Below are positions 1-12,990 of a stretch of DNA of 64,000 nt, piece by piece (position 1 is the first letter of the stretch; every line of letters starts with the position of its first letter). Made by a program: the position numbers and the translations under genes. Under the pieces are notes generated by a model. It had not been told where the DNA came from. It did not search any database and was given only the letters and a program-made list of their open reading frames with translations. The DNA lies in NCBI RefSeq assembly GCF_000143415.4, contig NW_003314314.1, positions 811,771-875,770 of the forward strand, read 5' to 3'. The DNA comes from Selaginella moellendorffii. Lineage: Eukaryota; Plantae; Lycopodiophyta.

Positions 1-266
1 CTTGGAACAGTCCTAGAGCATCCACCATCCCAATGCTAAAACTAACACGTAAAATAGAGCCAAACAGAGTTTGGCACTATTTCAGCATACTAATGGCCTA
101 ACGTAAGGATATAAATACTCCACCAACTAGCATGGTATAGAATTTAGGCTTAGACCCAAGCCAGACGCAAAACAAAGACAAGCACACAAGTGGGAGCTAA
201 ATTATGTTTCAAATTGGTCTGCCATGCCCAATCTACCCACTATCCCTACTATACATTTGGAACCCC
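1..266 (-). mobile_element. Fragment of the ~1.1-kb LTR family ('LTR-B') also present at 56268-57381 and 60268-61382; truncated by the window edge
   Basis: Colinear match to ~56540-56805 (e.g. ttggaacagtcctagag ... ctacccactatccctactatacatttggaacccc). Confidence 0.8.
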
Positions 267-1699
267 TTATAGCTCGCCAATCGATGTCACAATCACATTC
301 CATATCAACAAGAGATGGTAGAACATCAAGAATAGGACAAATTGTATAATCATATCCCATAGAAGTTGAAAATAGCAACACACCAAAGATGGGTGCAACA
401 CTAATATGATCACACTCTATACCACCAAAAGTTCAATTCAATAGAGTAGCATTAACAGCCTTAAGTGATATACTCCTTGATCGATGACAACATGATATGG
501 TAGAAGAAGAGAATGCCATGAAAATTAAAAAAATAAGTAAATCTAAACACAATGATAGCTAGAATTCTAGATCTTGAAAAATTTAATACAGATCTAGATC
601 TAAAAGAAAATGAAGAAATAAGAACAAAAAACACAATCCCAAACACTAGAATAGAGCATTATGCCTTTTAGGGATAAATTGCAATATTGTTCATCTCCAC
701 TAATATAAGTGCTCAAGATATAAAAAATAATATATTAATTAGAGCATACACATATACAAGAACAATTCTAAATGGATGGTCCATATGTTATAATATTATA
801 ATGGGTATTACCTAGCTCTCAACAAAACCCTGTGATGCAGGATCCAACCTCATCACCACCAATTCATCTTGTCTTGATCTTTCAAACTTGTAGATCACCC
901 GAGAGTAGAATGTCTGAGACATCCTCTCGAGTTTCCTGGCACAGGCATCTGTCTACTATGATTCTAATCGCTAGGTCGCATAGAACACGCACCTCTTCTT
1001 AGCAATATAAAGCTCTGACGACGTTCTTGGACTGCCCTGAGGCACTGCTTTCGGTCAGCTTGTCGTCCATAAACTTGATATCAATACTAGCAGCGATCCA
1101 TTCTTGAAGTTGTTTGGCCATTGTCATCTCATCCTGCTAGAAAACTCGTGAGATTCCAAAACTAGACAAATAATTCTCCAACCTTGAAGCTCGGCCCTGG
1201 TGGAAATCCTTGCTGGTCGCAGCCAACAAAATGTGAGATCAGTAAACAAAGAAATGAACCAGACCAGAACTAAGAAAAAACCTCTCACCTTTGAGCTCGA
1301 CCAAAGCTCTGTGAAGTGTTCTGTACAGTGTATTAGAGAACGTAGTACTCCGCCTCTAGATAAACTGGTGGAGGAACGAAGAATTCTAGCAGCCGGGACG
1401 AAATCCAGAAAAAGCGCAAGCTCCTACGACAATCGTGGGATGCAGAGGTCCCAGTCGGATCATAGATAGCGTTGGTCGACACACAGATATTCTTTTCTAA
1501 AATAGTCTTTCCGAGAAAACCTGCAATTTATCGAGCTCACTTTCCCGTGTCCAAAAAAGTTTAAACGCACACGCACACACACAAAGAGATAAAACCGAAG
1601 TTCCACGAAAAAATCTTTGGAGAAATTAAAAAAACACCAAAAACGGCCAATACTGACTTGGAGTGACCATGTAGAACTCAACACTGTCAGCTCCAAACT

Positions 1700-2830
1700 T
1701 CTGCATCACTTTGAGTTGGACGAGATGGAAAACCTACCTTTCATTCTGTGTACATCCAGTGTCAATGGGATTCTCTAGCGCATGGTATCCAGAATTCTTC
1801 GACTTCGCCAGGTTGAGCAAGGCATGGTATCTGGACGACCTGAAAGTGGATCAAATGCCGGACACAACCTTTCTTCACAAGCTGAGCCACCCTTGCCTGC
1901 AAACACCTCACGAATCTTGATCTTCCGATGACAGGTCCTATGTCTGCCTGAAATGTTCTCTCACCACTCCAGTCTTCAGATCTTCAAAGCCGTGTCTCTG
2001 GCACGTAATGCCCATGCAGTTTCCTGAAGATCAGCCGCCTCTGGCCGTCTTGTAACCGGAGACACGTACTAGAGACACTGATGTACTGGAGGCACTCGTG
2101 TGAAACATCCTGTATAGTAGCTCCTCAGTATCATGTCTCCCACCCAATTGGTGATGGACTCCAAGGTTCCAGTGACGGAAGACTTCTCTCGGATTGCCTC
2201 CCTAGTGCCAGTACCTGTGTCTTGAGGCCTCCAGATCTTTGTCCGGGAGGACTTCTTTCTGGAGAGGGCTCAGCTCATTGCTCAACCACACAGGGAGATA
2301 GAAAGTCCTGCATTTTGTGTCCTTTCGGTAGTCCTTGTAGTTTTCTCTCGTTGGGCTGCTTACCAAGAGTGCCTTGCTGATGAAAAGAGGGACGTTTTTC
2401 AGCTCCACGTCTGCCAAGAAACATATATCCGGATCTACCTCAAGTTCCACTTCCATATACGTCCTGAAAGTCTTGCAAGACTCTGTAGCTTCCATTACCA
2501 TCCGGCAGGAAGTAATAGAGAGATCCCCCTCTGGTCAGCAGCAGTACCTTCTGCTTTTCCTTGAACAGCAGCGCCAGAACGTAGAGGAGGAAACCAGGTT
2601 CCCAAGCACCCAAGCAGCCTGTCTTCCCTCACACCGGGAAAGGCTCCACCTTGAGCTTCCACATGTCCCTGAAGCATTCTTGCTCGATGATCTTTGAGTC
2701 TTGCGAATCCTGAATGGACTCAATAGTTGGATTGTCATCCAAGTCAAGCATCTGTAGTACCTTGGAGTCCCACGCGTTCAACAAGATGCAGCATCCAATC
2801 GATCATCCGTTTCTTTCCGCGGAAGTGGAG
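1700..2830 (-). pseudogene. Decayed Crinkler/RHS-type (CR) P-loop NTPase + restriction-endonuclease-fold effector gene
   Basis: Motifs stitched across frameshifts: IIEQECFRDMW, AWVLGN(P)G..FLLYVLALL (eroded Walker A), CFLADVE (Walker B region), ALLVSSPTRENYKDY, FYLPVWLSNEL, RYWH*GGNPREVF, FWIP...PID...FHLVQLKV; stops and frameshifts throughout. Confidence 0.6.
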
Positions 2831-3008
2831 ATCGAACTCTGGGGGCAGAAGGAAACAACCACAATTCCTAACATGAAACTTTACATAAACTGAAGGAAAA
2901 GTTGAATTATTTTTATTCAAATATAAAAAATAAAATAAAAATTATATAGTAATAGTATGTCTTGTGATTTTTAAACAGGAATAACAAAACATTTTCGTTT
3001 TGTTAATT

Positions 3009-3965
3009 TTATAACACTCTTTTGATCTGCTCTATGAATTCCTTAGCAATGAGAGTGTATGTGTGCTCTGTGGGATGTATCATATCCCAAAAGACATAAT
3101 CACTTGGATTCTTGCACAGACCGCTCAATGTATTTTTATGTGAGAGGCAATTAGGGCAACAACCTCCTGCGTTCTTGAATCCAAATTGGATTGGGTTCTC
3201 CACAAAAGATTTAATTGGTGAGTAACCATCTACGAATGCACTTCTCATCCCTGGTAATCTTTCTTCTGCCCTTAGAACAATCCCCCGAGCCTGTGTGTTG
3301 AATTGCTCTACCAAATTATTGATTTCATTCACGCAATTTCCTCCTGAAGTAACAATAGGTGAGCATCCTAGCGGCCCAACACTTGAATAGATGATCTTCC
3401 TAAAACCATATTCGTAAAGTTGTTGCAAACCTTTCTCTAATGACAGCAACATCCCTTCCAAGTCCACATCCATAATGTTTTGAAGATTTGCTGCGATATC
3501 ATTTCCACCAGAAGAGATCACAACAACAAAGTCATTGAGATTCTTCTTGGAGATCTTCATGGAGAATTCCCTGAGTTGTTTTAGCTGCTCACTAAATGAC
3601 ACGACACCCCAGTCCGAATGAGTCGAGTCGAATAATCCACTACCATCAGATGCAAAGTTGATACTAGGAAAAACTTGGCTCTCAGCTTTCAAACCCAGGA
3701 ATGGCTTGGAAAAGGGCAAACCCAAGGCCTTGTTTATCAGATCTGGGATGATGAATCCATCACTGCACCTCCCAGATGGTTTGGTATACCGTGTTTCCCC
3801 ATACGGAACAAAGTCACAACGCGAAACTGAGTTTTTCATGTATTTGTTAGTTCCTACATCAAAGATTGAATCTCCCATATAGATGGTCCTAAGCTGAGGA
3901 ATTGACCTTCCAAACACGCACGCGCAGAGAGCCAAGATCGCAAGCACGAACACTAAAATCCTCAT
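3009..3965 (-). CDS. GDSL esterase/lipase, secreted, single exon
   Basis: 318-aa ORF; signal peptide; YMGDSIFDVG (block I), GRCSDG, INFASDGSG, SSGGND, FWDMIHPT (catalytic DxxH). Confidence 0.93.
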   Translation of the reverse strand: MRILVFVLAILALCACVFGRSIPQLRTIYMGDSIFDVGTNKYMKNSVSRCDFVPYGETRYTKPSGRCSDGFIIPDLINKALGLPFSKPFLGLKAESQVFPSINFASDGSGLFDSTHSDWGVVSFSEQLKQLREFSMKISKKNLNDFVVVISSGGNDIAANLQNIMDVDLEGMLLSLEKGLQQLYEYGFRKIIYSSVGPLGCSPIVTSGGNCVNEINNLVEQFNTQARGIVLRAEERLPGMRSAFVDGYSPIKSFVENPIQFGFKNAGGCCPNCLSHKNTLSGLCKNPSDYVFWDMIHPTEHTYTLIAKEFIEQIKRVL

Positions 3966-4176
3966 CTCGCCAAAAACCTTTGTGGCAAAACCTATGCATA
4001 AACTTGTTTATATAGAAGAGGGAAAAGGAAAAGGTTACTGCTAACTAAACTCGAAAACCTAAATTTTAAATGGTAAAGATAAAAGGTTCTATCTTTTTCT
4101 TTTTTATCTAATTGAGCTCCAGAAGGATGTTAATGATGATCATTTGAACTCCACAAAGGTCCATTCTTAGGAATTG

Positions 4177-6516
4177 TTACGCTGTAGTTTCTCTTAATCT
4201 CGCGGCACACCTCATTTCGAGTTCCTTCGTCATCTCCCATCTCTCCCTCGTCAAGCTTCGTTCGCCATAGCTCAAGGATAACAGGCGAGCCATTGTTAAC
4301 CATCTACGCACAAAGAGAAACAAGGATTTTGTTACTCTCGACTCGGAGTAAGGAGCGCTATACCTGTGAAACGTTTCAGATCCTACAGTTCTATCCTTCT
4401 GGCGTGCGGCCACAAGATCTTCCTCCAGAATCTGGCAGCCAACAGTTAGAACTCGGGAAGGAGAAAGACACTGGAGAAAAGAATACCTTCTGCATTGAAG
4501 GCTCGATAACGTGGTCGGCCTCCCGCGCACTGCTCAAATAAATACGCCATTTCGACAAGTCCGATGCTTCTGCATGGATACGTGCCGCTTCCGCGCTGCA
4601 CCTTAAAGGTACGAGCGCATCAGCTGGTAAAATCCTCGATTTGCCGCAAGAAACCACCAACACGGGCAAATCTGTCGGCATTTCCATCTGATAATACTGG
4701 AAATCGTAGTCGACCTTTTGAAACGAACGAAAACATCAGCATACCACGTAAGAGATGAGCAAGACAAGACTTACTTTCTGAGACTCCATGACGCTCTTCA
4801 AGCTCTGCAAATTCTTGACACCGGTTTCGTTCAGCCTTCCTGTGTTTAAAGCAGTCTCGTCTAACGTAAGATGCGTGCCGCTTGCTAGTTGTAAACCACC
4901 GGTAACCAATCTATACGTGAAACTATAGCAAGTGAGACCGGAATGAAAAGAGAAAATGAAAGAAGCGTACCGATTGGTGGCATAATCTTTTCGTGGAGCG
5001 ATCAGACAGGAGTTCAAGTCCTGGAGTGACAGCGGCACTACTTGTGAACAGGGAAGAAGTACTGATATCGCGTGCCCGACTGCAGAGGCAACGAGTGATG
5101 CGGAACCATCGGCACCAGCTTGACACCCGCTAAAGTTGAGAGAAAACTTCCCAACAGCCAAGGGCTCTACACGGCTATAAACCTGAGCATCACAGTCAGA
5201 ATAACACCAAGTAAAAAACGACGAGAATTGTGCATACCTTTGACAGAAGATGCAAGAGTAAATATTCCGCGGCGAGTCTGTCCTCACCGAGAACAGATTG
5301 TAATTTACAAAGAAGAGATTCCCTCACGGAGCATATATCCGCCAAAGCACCCGGCTGACTAGGAATACTGTAAGCTGAAAGTTTTCTCATGGTAATACAG
5401 TGAAGTCGAGGAACCTTGAGATATCAAAGTCAGAGAGGTAATGGAAATGAGCTTCTTACCGTGCTGGACGGTAACTGCAAGGAGGTGTCATCTTCCATCA
5501 AGGATTCAGCCAGCGCTGATGAATCAGAAGCCGAGCTAGAAACCAGTTCCGATTCTTTCCATACGATACCAACAAACTCTGCGATGTCATTCAACTTCAA
5601 GTCCGCATCGTTTCCATCGTAAATCTGGCAGAAAAAAAGGCAGTGGTTAAGTCTCAGAAAAAAAAAAACGGAATTCTCGACTTTGACGAGGCACGAGTTC
5701 TGCTCTTTCGTTGGAGAGTCACAGTCCATGCTCTGCAAAAAGAAAAATATGGTAAGAATATCCATTTAAACGCATAAAAAGCTTTCACCTCCACAGTCGC
5801 TGGAACATCCTCCCGTTTGCGCTTCAAGCTCTGGCTAGTTGCATCCGGTTGTACAGCATTTGAATGCCATCTATTTTTCATCCATTGATTTTCACCAGGA
5901 ATCTACAAACACTCGAAGAAAAGTTGAAAACCCTGAGAAAGTGAAAACTTACTGGAACGCAATAAAGCAGCCGTCGATCCCAGATTTGCTGCTCGGTATC
6001 TTGCGGAACTGGGCTGTCGGTGTACTTGTTTGTTTGCCAAGTATTGCAATCCTGTAACATAAATCACGATAGAGGACCTTGAAAAACAAAAAACTCAAGA
6101 GAAAGAGCAATACCTTGTAAGCGCCAACATAGTATTCCACATCGAACATATCTTGGATCTGTAAGAAACATAGATAAAAAGTTTGCAAACAAATTTTTTC
6201 GGAAAAATGTACCATTCCCCGGAAGCGAACCAGCGACCCAGAAGGAATAGAATCACGCGCCAAATCGCCAATGTGAGGAACCTAGCAGCGGCATTCAATT
6301 CCAGCCCGGCTAAGAAGTAAAAAGAAGAAAGCAAACCTGAGCAATGGCGCCTTCTTCGTACAAAAACTTGTCGAAGACTCCCTTGACGCCCCAGTCGCCC
6401 CCCGAGAGCTCCAAAGTTGCGGCTGGAGCAGGAGAAGCGGCCATGGCTGCAATGGAGAAGAGGCCTCGCACGGCGCCCAGTGGATTCCGCAGCAAATCCA
6501 CCGCCGGCGCGACCAT
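4177..6516 (-). CDS. ETG1: Mini-chromosome maintenance complex-binding protein (MCM-BP / ETG1), multi-exon
   Basis: Exon peptides MVAPAVDLLRNPLGAVRGLF, GSLVRFRGM/IQDMFDVEYYVG, RRLLYCVPV, IYDGNDADLKLNDIAEFVGI, GEDRLAAEYLLLHLLS, PRKDYATNR/LVTGGLQLASGTHLTLDET, RWLTMARLLSLSYG; GT-AG introns. Confidence 0.9.
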
Positions 6517-6540
6517 CGCTCCCGCCCTTAGGTTAAGAAA

Positions 6541-6548
6541 TTTCCCGC
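6541..6548 (+). promoter_or_regulatory. Canonical E2F site (TTTCCCGC) ~25 bp upstream of the MCM-BP start codon
   Basis: Exact TTTCCCGC; the Arabidopsis orthologue ETG1 is an established E2F target. Confidence 0.65.
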
Positions 6549-6669
6549 CATAGGTTATGAAATCTATATTGAGTAGAATATACCAAAAGACTTTTAGGTG
6601 CAAAGTCAATGCATATTCTACCATTTTATATATGAATATATGCTAACATCGTAGCATTAATTTATAACG

Positions 6670-8207
6670 CTATTCAGTCAACTGGAGAGTGGTGTACGCA
6701 CTTTCGTGGAGCCTGGGAGTGATCCTGGCTTTGAGAGTGTGTGCCATGAAGTTTACAATACCCATAGCTTCACCCATGGGCTGATCTTTCGGACTGCCAG
6801 GAAACTCCCACTCGAATCCATGAAGAAGATTGGAAAGAACAAGCTGGACGTTCCTAAGACCCAGAGCAAGCCCTGGGCAAGACCGCTTTCCAGATCCGAA
6901 TGGAAGTAGCTCAAAGTCTTGGCCGTTGACACCGATGTTGCTGCCAATGAATCTCTGAGGTTGGAACTCCAGAGGATCACTCCAGACTTGAGGGTCTCTT
7001 CCAATTGCGTAGACGTTCACAAGCAGCGTTGTGTTCTTGGGGATGTCATAGCCAGCAACTTTCTGGGCCTCAATGGATGCGTGTGGTACGAGCAAAGAAA
7101 TGGGAGGGTGGAGACGAAAGCTTTCCTTGATGATGGCATTCAAAACCTCGAGCTTGGATATGTCTCCCTCTTCGACCATGCGTGTGCGTCCAACAACACT
7201 CTCAATCTCTTGCTGAGCTTTGACCATCCAATCTGGATGATGAAGAAGTTCCGCTAGAGTCCATTCGGTCACTGTGGATGATGTTTCAGATCCACCAAGC
7301 AATAGATCCTATCAAGATCACAAAAGAATCAAGCAAGTTCCACGGAGAAAACCAAACTTACCATGAGCACAGCTCTGAGATTGACCACATCGTTTCCAAT
7401 GTGATTCTTTGTGATCTCCACGAAATCGGGAACCTCGCCCGGGTGTTGCTCGTCCAAAACCTTTTGCAAGAAGCCATTCATCTTATCCCCGGCCATCTTT
7501 GCACGGCGGGCGACCAAGTCGAGCCAGCTCAAGTAGGGGAAATAGTCAGTGATCGAGAATGCTGCTGCCACCTCGAGGTTCTCATCAATCATCGCTATGA
7601 AATTCGAGGCCTCCTTCGCAATGGCGGGATCGCCCGAGGCCTTGGATCCAAAGTAAATCTTCTTCATCAGGATGCGAGTCATAACGTTGAAGCTGAGCGC
7701 CCTCAAATGTGATCTCACTTCCACAACTTGGCCAGCATTAGAAGCTCTCAAGAACTCGCGACTGAGCTCCCACAGCTCGTCCCGGATGATGTGCGTGTTC
7801 ATGCTCACCCTCTTAGCCGTGAAGAGCTCCGTGGCGCAGAGCTTCCTCAGCTTCTTCCAGTAGTCTCCATACGGCGAGAAAGATAAGCTCTTGCAATTCA
7901 CGACAATGCAGGCCACATTGTTTCGAGGCCTATACGCGAATTCCGTGTCGTTGTTCTTGAGAAACTCCTTGGCCATTGCTGGACTGGCGACCACGAACAC
8001 AGGGACGGATCCCAGGCGTAAGTGGAAGAGCGGGCCAAATTTCTTGGAGAGCTGCTGGAGTGAGATGTGTGGGAGCCTGCCCAGGAGATGGAAGTGGCCG
8101 ATGAGTGGCAATCCCCTTGGGCCCGGCGGAAGATTGAGAGATTTGCTGGAGAGCCATTGCTTGAGAATGAAAGCTGTGATGAGGAAGAGCACGACTGCCC
8201 AGAGCAT
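6670..8207 (-). CDS. Cytochrome P450, CYP71 clan; 2 exons (7362-8207, 6670-7308)
   Basis: TM anchor + LPPGPRGLPLIG, WKKLRK, I-helix LLGGSETSS, KESFR, PQRF, heme FGSGKRSCPG; single A-type intron. Confidence 0.92.
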
Positions 8208-9597
8208 TGCTACTTTCTGCCCCTCAATTGTTGAAGCCCTCCTTTTGTATACCGCTGGCAAAGTATCTTCGTTAACTTCCTTTCCAATGTTGAATAGCAA
8301 GCATCGATCAAAATTCACGTGATCGATCTTTGAAAATCTTTAACTCTTTAAACCAGTTTCAAGGCAGCCTTGAGACTTGATTGGCGCTCTAGTCACATCC
8401 AGTATGTACTCACACATTGCCCAAGGCAGGCCTGCCATTGTTTACAGAGCGTTAGAGAGCACCAGAAAACCTTGCAGTTAGCAAACTCGAACCAAATCCA
8501 TTGTAAGTTGAGGTACCCCGGCCGAGTTCGTCAATAATTATTAGAGAAGTCTCAGTTTCAGATTTTAATATCGCCGAGGTTTCGAGCACGATGGCAGAAC
8601 AGAAAGCCATCAAGATATTCACACCAATCTAAATAAAATAAACGTTTGATCTGGCACAAAATCAAATCGCTGGCCCACTGCCTGTGTCATCTGGAAACTC
8701 TCAAAAAATTAACCTTGATAACTTGACATCGGCAGTTCACTTGTAAGAGACCGTGCGTGTTAGTGTACCTTCTAACTTTGTGTTTATGTTCTTTTTTTTT
8801 TTGTAGCCACTTGATTTTAGCAAGCTTCCAGTGATAATAGGCCTTACTTAGCTTACAGCCAGATCCACAAAGCTTAACAAGACATCCAGTTCCGTTTGCC
8901 ACACCATTGCGGACGTATAAAATCACCAACATAGAAGAATCGACGAGCATACCTGTGAAACCTGAGCCTCTTAACAAGATCCCTTCGAGTGTTGGTGTAA
9001 TTTTCTGTCAGGTTCCCATATCTTTTGCTAAGCCTTCAAAGCCTGGAAGTCGTGGGCTTTATCCTGTCGAGTTTCCAAGGTGATGTATTGCACTGCAAGT
9101 TTCTTGCGAACTTTAGGCTCCTAAATCAAGAATCGCAAGTCCATCATTTGGCATCATATGACAGCAGCTTAAAAATCATCAAAGCTGACTGTTTGGAGGA
9201 AGAGATCCGTGCATAAACAAGCCGTGAACGATTTGGATCTTCCTGCTGATACGTCTCTGAAGCTGGACAAAATGACGCAGTGGGGGAACGTATTCATTTA
9301 TTTTGTCTCTTTATATAGATAAGATTAGAACCATCCATAAGTAATTAATCCTAATAATTAATTACTAGGATAAATAATATGGTTGTGCGTCTCTACTGCT
9401 TTCAGAGCATGCATCGACTGGGTCCGGGTTCCCGAGCTCGAGCACGGGGTCAGGTGCCTAAGCTCCGGGTCTTGGGGTGTCTGAGCTCGATTAGAATTTG
9501 ACAAAGAAATCTAGCAAAAATTTCATCATGCAATTCTAAATTGATTTATCAGATTCATAGTTTCTGAACACCTTGTTTACTATAAGTGCTATGATCA

Positions 9598-11251
9598 TTG
9601 GTACACGGCGCAGCTGAAAAAGGGGGCATTCAGGGGCCTCCATCCCGATTCATGGTAGGCCAAATAGCTGAAATCCAGAACACGAGGAGCGCCATCAAGG
9701 ATCACGACATGGAAAGTTTCAGCCACGACATTTTCCATCGGGTACATCCTGCGTTGCTCAAATGGCGGAAGCAATATGGTATGTTCTTGTCATCTCTGAT
9801 GAATATCAAAGCTTCGTTCCTGATGAGCATGGTCCAGGGAGAAGATTTGTGCTCTGGTGGGGAACTGAGCCAAGGATATCGGTCTCGAGATCGTAAGGGA
9901 GGTTTTGTCTAAGAAGTTTTCTCAGTTTGATAAATCGGAGGCCGGGCTGCGGTTGGCGAACTTGTTCCTTGATCGTGGATTAGTTTCTGTTACTGGAGAG
10001 GAATGGAGTCATGACCGCCGACTCGTAGCACCGGCATTCTTTCATGAACGTATTAAAGTGGGTATTCATACTATTATCTTCTCATGAAATCTGGCTGATA
10101 AGTGTTTCTGATTCTCCTGTACACAGCAAATGACCGGTGCAATCGCAGGGTGCGCATCTCGCATGCTTGATCAATGTGAAGCTAGAATCCCGAGATTGAA
10201 ATCTCTGGAGAGGTGCGTAAGCTCACAGGAGACGTTATCTCCCATACAGCATTTGGAACTAGCTATCTCAAAGGGAAGAGAGTTTTCGAGATATTGTCTA
10301 AGAAAATCCCAGAGCTACTGCCCAAACTCGTCAGCTTTTCCTGGATTCCAGGCTTCAGGTATGCTGGGATCTCTGCTATCATCTATTGAACTGAATCATA
10401 ATCACTTGCTTACAGGTTTCTCCCACTTCCAATCAACCTCCGACTGTGGAAGCTTCATCAGGAGTTGGATTCTCTGATCACTGGGATCATAGACGAGCGT
10501 CGGAACTCAGTGAAGTCAGGGGAAAGCAATACATACGGGAATGACTTACTCGGACTGATGCTGAAGGAGTGTGACAGCAGCAGTAATTTCACAAGCAGGG
10601 ATCTGATAGAGGAATGCAAGACGTTCTACCTTGCGGGCCATGAGACCACAGCCACCTTACTAACCTGGACTTTGATGCTACTGGGAGGCTATCCTGAATG
10701 GCAAGAACGCGCCCGTGCTGAGGTACACGAAGTATGTGTGAGATTCCTGATGGCGAGAGTGTCAGCAGGCTCAAGCTCGTAAGTCAATCAATATCTCCTA
10801 ATTCCAAAACTTAACATCTTGATTCTTGAACAGGTGGGAATGATCCTTTACGAAACTCTGCGGCTGTATCCACCAGCAATTGAGGTGATCAGGGAGTGTG
10901 TGGAGGAGTCTTGGCTGCAAGATTTACACGTTCCAAAAGGAGTATCTGTGTCGTTTCCAATCACTGGATTGCATCAGGATAAGGAGCTCTGGGGAGAAGA
11001 TGCAGGCCAATTCAATCCGGATCGCTTCAAAGATGGGTTCTCAAGCGCGTGCAAGCATCCAAATGCTTTCATGCCGTTTTCGTTTGGGCAGCGGGTGTGC
11101 GTGGGCCAGCCGTTTGCGATGATCGAAGCCAAAGTCATTCTGGCTATGATACTACAGTGTTCCGGCTTCACCGAACTACCACCATAATCCTGCGATGAAG
11201 TTTGGCTTGAAGCCTATCCATGGAGTGCCGCTTGTACTCAGTAAAATGTGA
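9598..11251 (+). pseudogene. CYP72-clan cytochrome P450 pseudogene
   Basis: GIQGPPSRFMVG, FYLAGHETTA, YETLRLYPP, FNPDRF, FSFGQRVCVG; no N-terminal TM helix; frameshifts near 9890, 10185, 10740 and 11165. Confidence 0.85.
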
Positions 11252-12269
11252 TGCATGTTCGTGGCATTAGACGTTCATAAAAGTTATGTTTGTTGAACTA
11301 CTCCGAGTTCTTGAACCAAACTGGTTGATAAATCATTTGCTCTTTCATAGTACCTCAGAAACGTTTAGAACAATCGCGAGGGAGCCCGAGGTTCCAAGAG
11401 AGGTTTCTGCATCTTTTCATCCACCACCGAGTGAACTCGGCTTCTTGAACGATCCAGAGCGAGACGCGGTTTGGTGTCAAGGGGCGAGGCGATCAGGATT
11501 TAAGAGTTAGGAGGACGGGTTCTAGATGGGTTGATCTCGCACTTCGAGCAGCGAGAATCTCGTCCAAAACGCCATGCCAGATTGGCTATTAGTGAAGTGT
11601 AAAAGTAAACCGGCAAAGATTTTGTTTAACATTGAGTCATGCAATAAAAACAATAACATCAACAGTGGTATTGCTGGAAACGAGATAGAGGGCCACCAGG
11701 GAGCACATGGTACTTTCTCAGTGAGAAGAAGGATGTCCTCCCTCTGAGCCATTGCAGCTTTTGGATCCCAATCGAGCTGGATGGTATTTCTTCCATTGTT
11801 TTTTAGTTCTAGGTTTTCATCCAGGGAGGAAGGCATCCTATTTCGTGGGGAGATGCTAGATGGACCATTTTGCAAGAGTGGTGGCAAAGTAGCTCGAGAT
11901 GCCCTGGTTTTAGTGTGCACGAATGTCTTTCGTTTCTCATACTGGCATTATGTAATTACTTGGGAGCCTCTAAGTAAATTCTCAGATTATTGGTATTGGG
12001 AGGGAAGCACTAACAGGAGTTTCATGCACTCTCACGGAGAAGGAAGATGGAGGAAGGCAAGAAGGCAGAAGAAGAGCTGATGAAGCATTACCTTGTCAAG
12101 GTAAATCTTTTCTTGCATCACAGGGATACTGCTGAATGAAATGGAGAGAGCCTCAAGGCTATATCATGGCTTGCGAATGAAGATGAACCAATTCCACAAA
12201 ACGTGTGAGGCCATGAAACAATGTCCAACTCGAGTGGAATGAATCACTGTTGATAGGGTCATAGATGAA

Positions 12270-12760
12270 AAGTTTGAAAGACATCTTCCTAACAGATTTA
12301 CCATCAAAGCTACCAACTAATTGTGAGGTTGATTATTAAATTGAGATTGTTTCAAGTTCTAAGCCGGTTTTATATTGTTTGAACATCAAGGAGAAGCAAT
12401 TCATAAAAGTTCTTGATAAAGTCATATTTAACTAAGTAAGTCATATTTTAGAGTGTTAGTCCTTTTTGTTATGAAAAAAGATGGTACTATGAATGATTAT
12501 CATGGTCTCTACAAACTTACAATAAAAAACAATTATCAATTGCCTCATATTGATGACATATTTGATGAAATTTTAAAGGTTAAGTATTTTATACAACTTG
12601 ATTTGCAACCAAGTATCATTAGATATGGGTGGCAGATCAAGATCTAAAGAAGACAACCTTTAGGACTTATTATGGATCCTATGAATTCATGATTATATAT
12701 CATTATAGAAAAGATTTATTTGTTGTTCTATATATCAACAATGTTCTAATATTTAGTGAA
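12270..12760 (+). mobile_element. Degenerate Ty3/gypsy reverse transcriptase fragment
   Basis: VLFVMKKDGT, DYHGLYKLTIKNNYQLPHIDDIFD, KTTFRTYYGSYEF, FVVLYINNVLIFS (eroded YxDD). Confidence 0.85.
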
Positions 12761-12990
12761 ATGTGTGTCATTCCTTATTTTGCATTCAAATTGGGTCTAA
12801 ACTTAAGTTCCATGTTAAGTCAGTGGGGTATCTGCTTGTTTGCACTAAATCATTGGTATATTAAAATTGTGTTAAACTTTGTTTGACACTATTTTGTGTA
12901 TTAGAGCTGGATATAAGGAGCTGATGTTTGTAAAGGTGAGACCTTTATTTTGGAGTGCAATAGACTAATTTTAAATTCATATGCATTACA
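12760..12990 (+). mobile_element. Partial LTR ('LTR-A' family, 3' part)
   Basis: Similar to ~53455-53672 (cattggtatat..aaaattgtgttaaac..tgtttgacac) and ends ...aattcatatgcattaca. Confidence 0.6.

Noticed and set aside
830-1500. Exon-like minus-strand fragments with splice signals
   Set aside because: Stops present and no recognisable family; cannot be supported
8208-8318. N-terminal extension of the P450 in the ORF track
   Set aside because: Non-ATG start, overlaps a TATA-like region; the TM anchor begins at ATG 8207
8340-9300. Coding-like fragments between the two P450s
   Set aside because: No identifiable motifs
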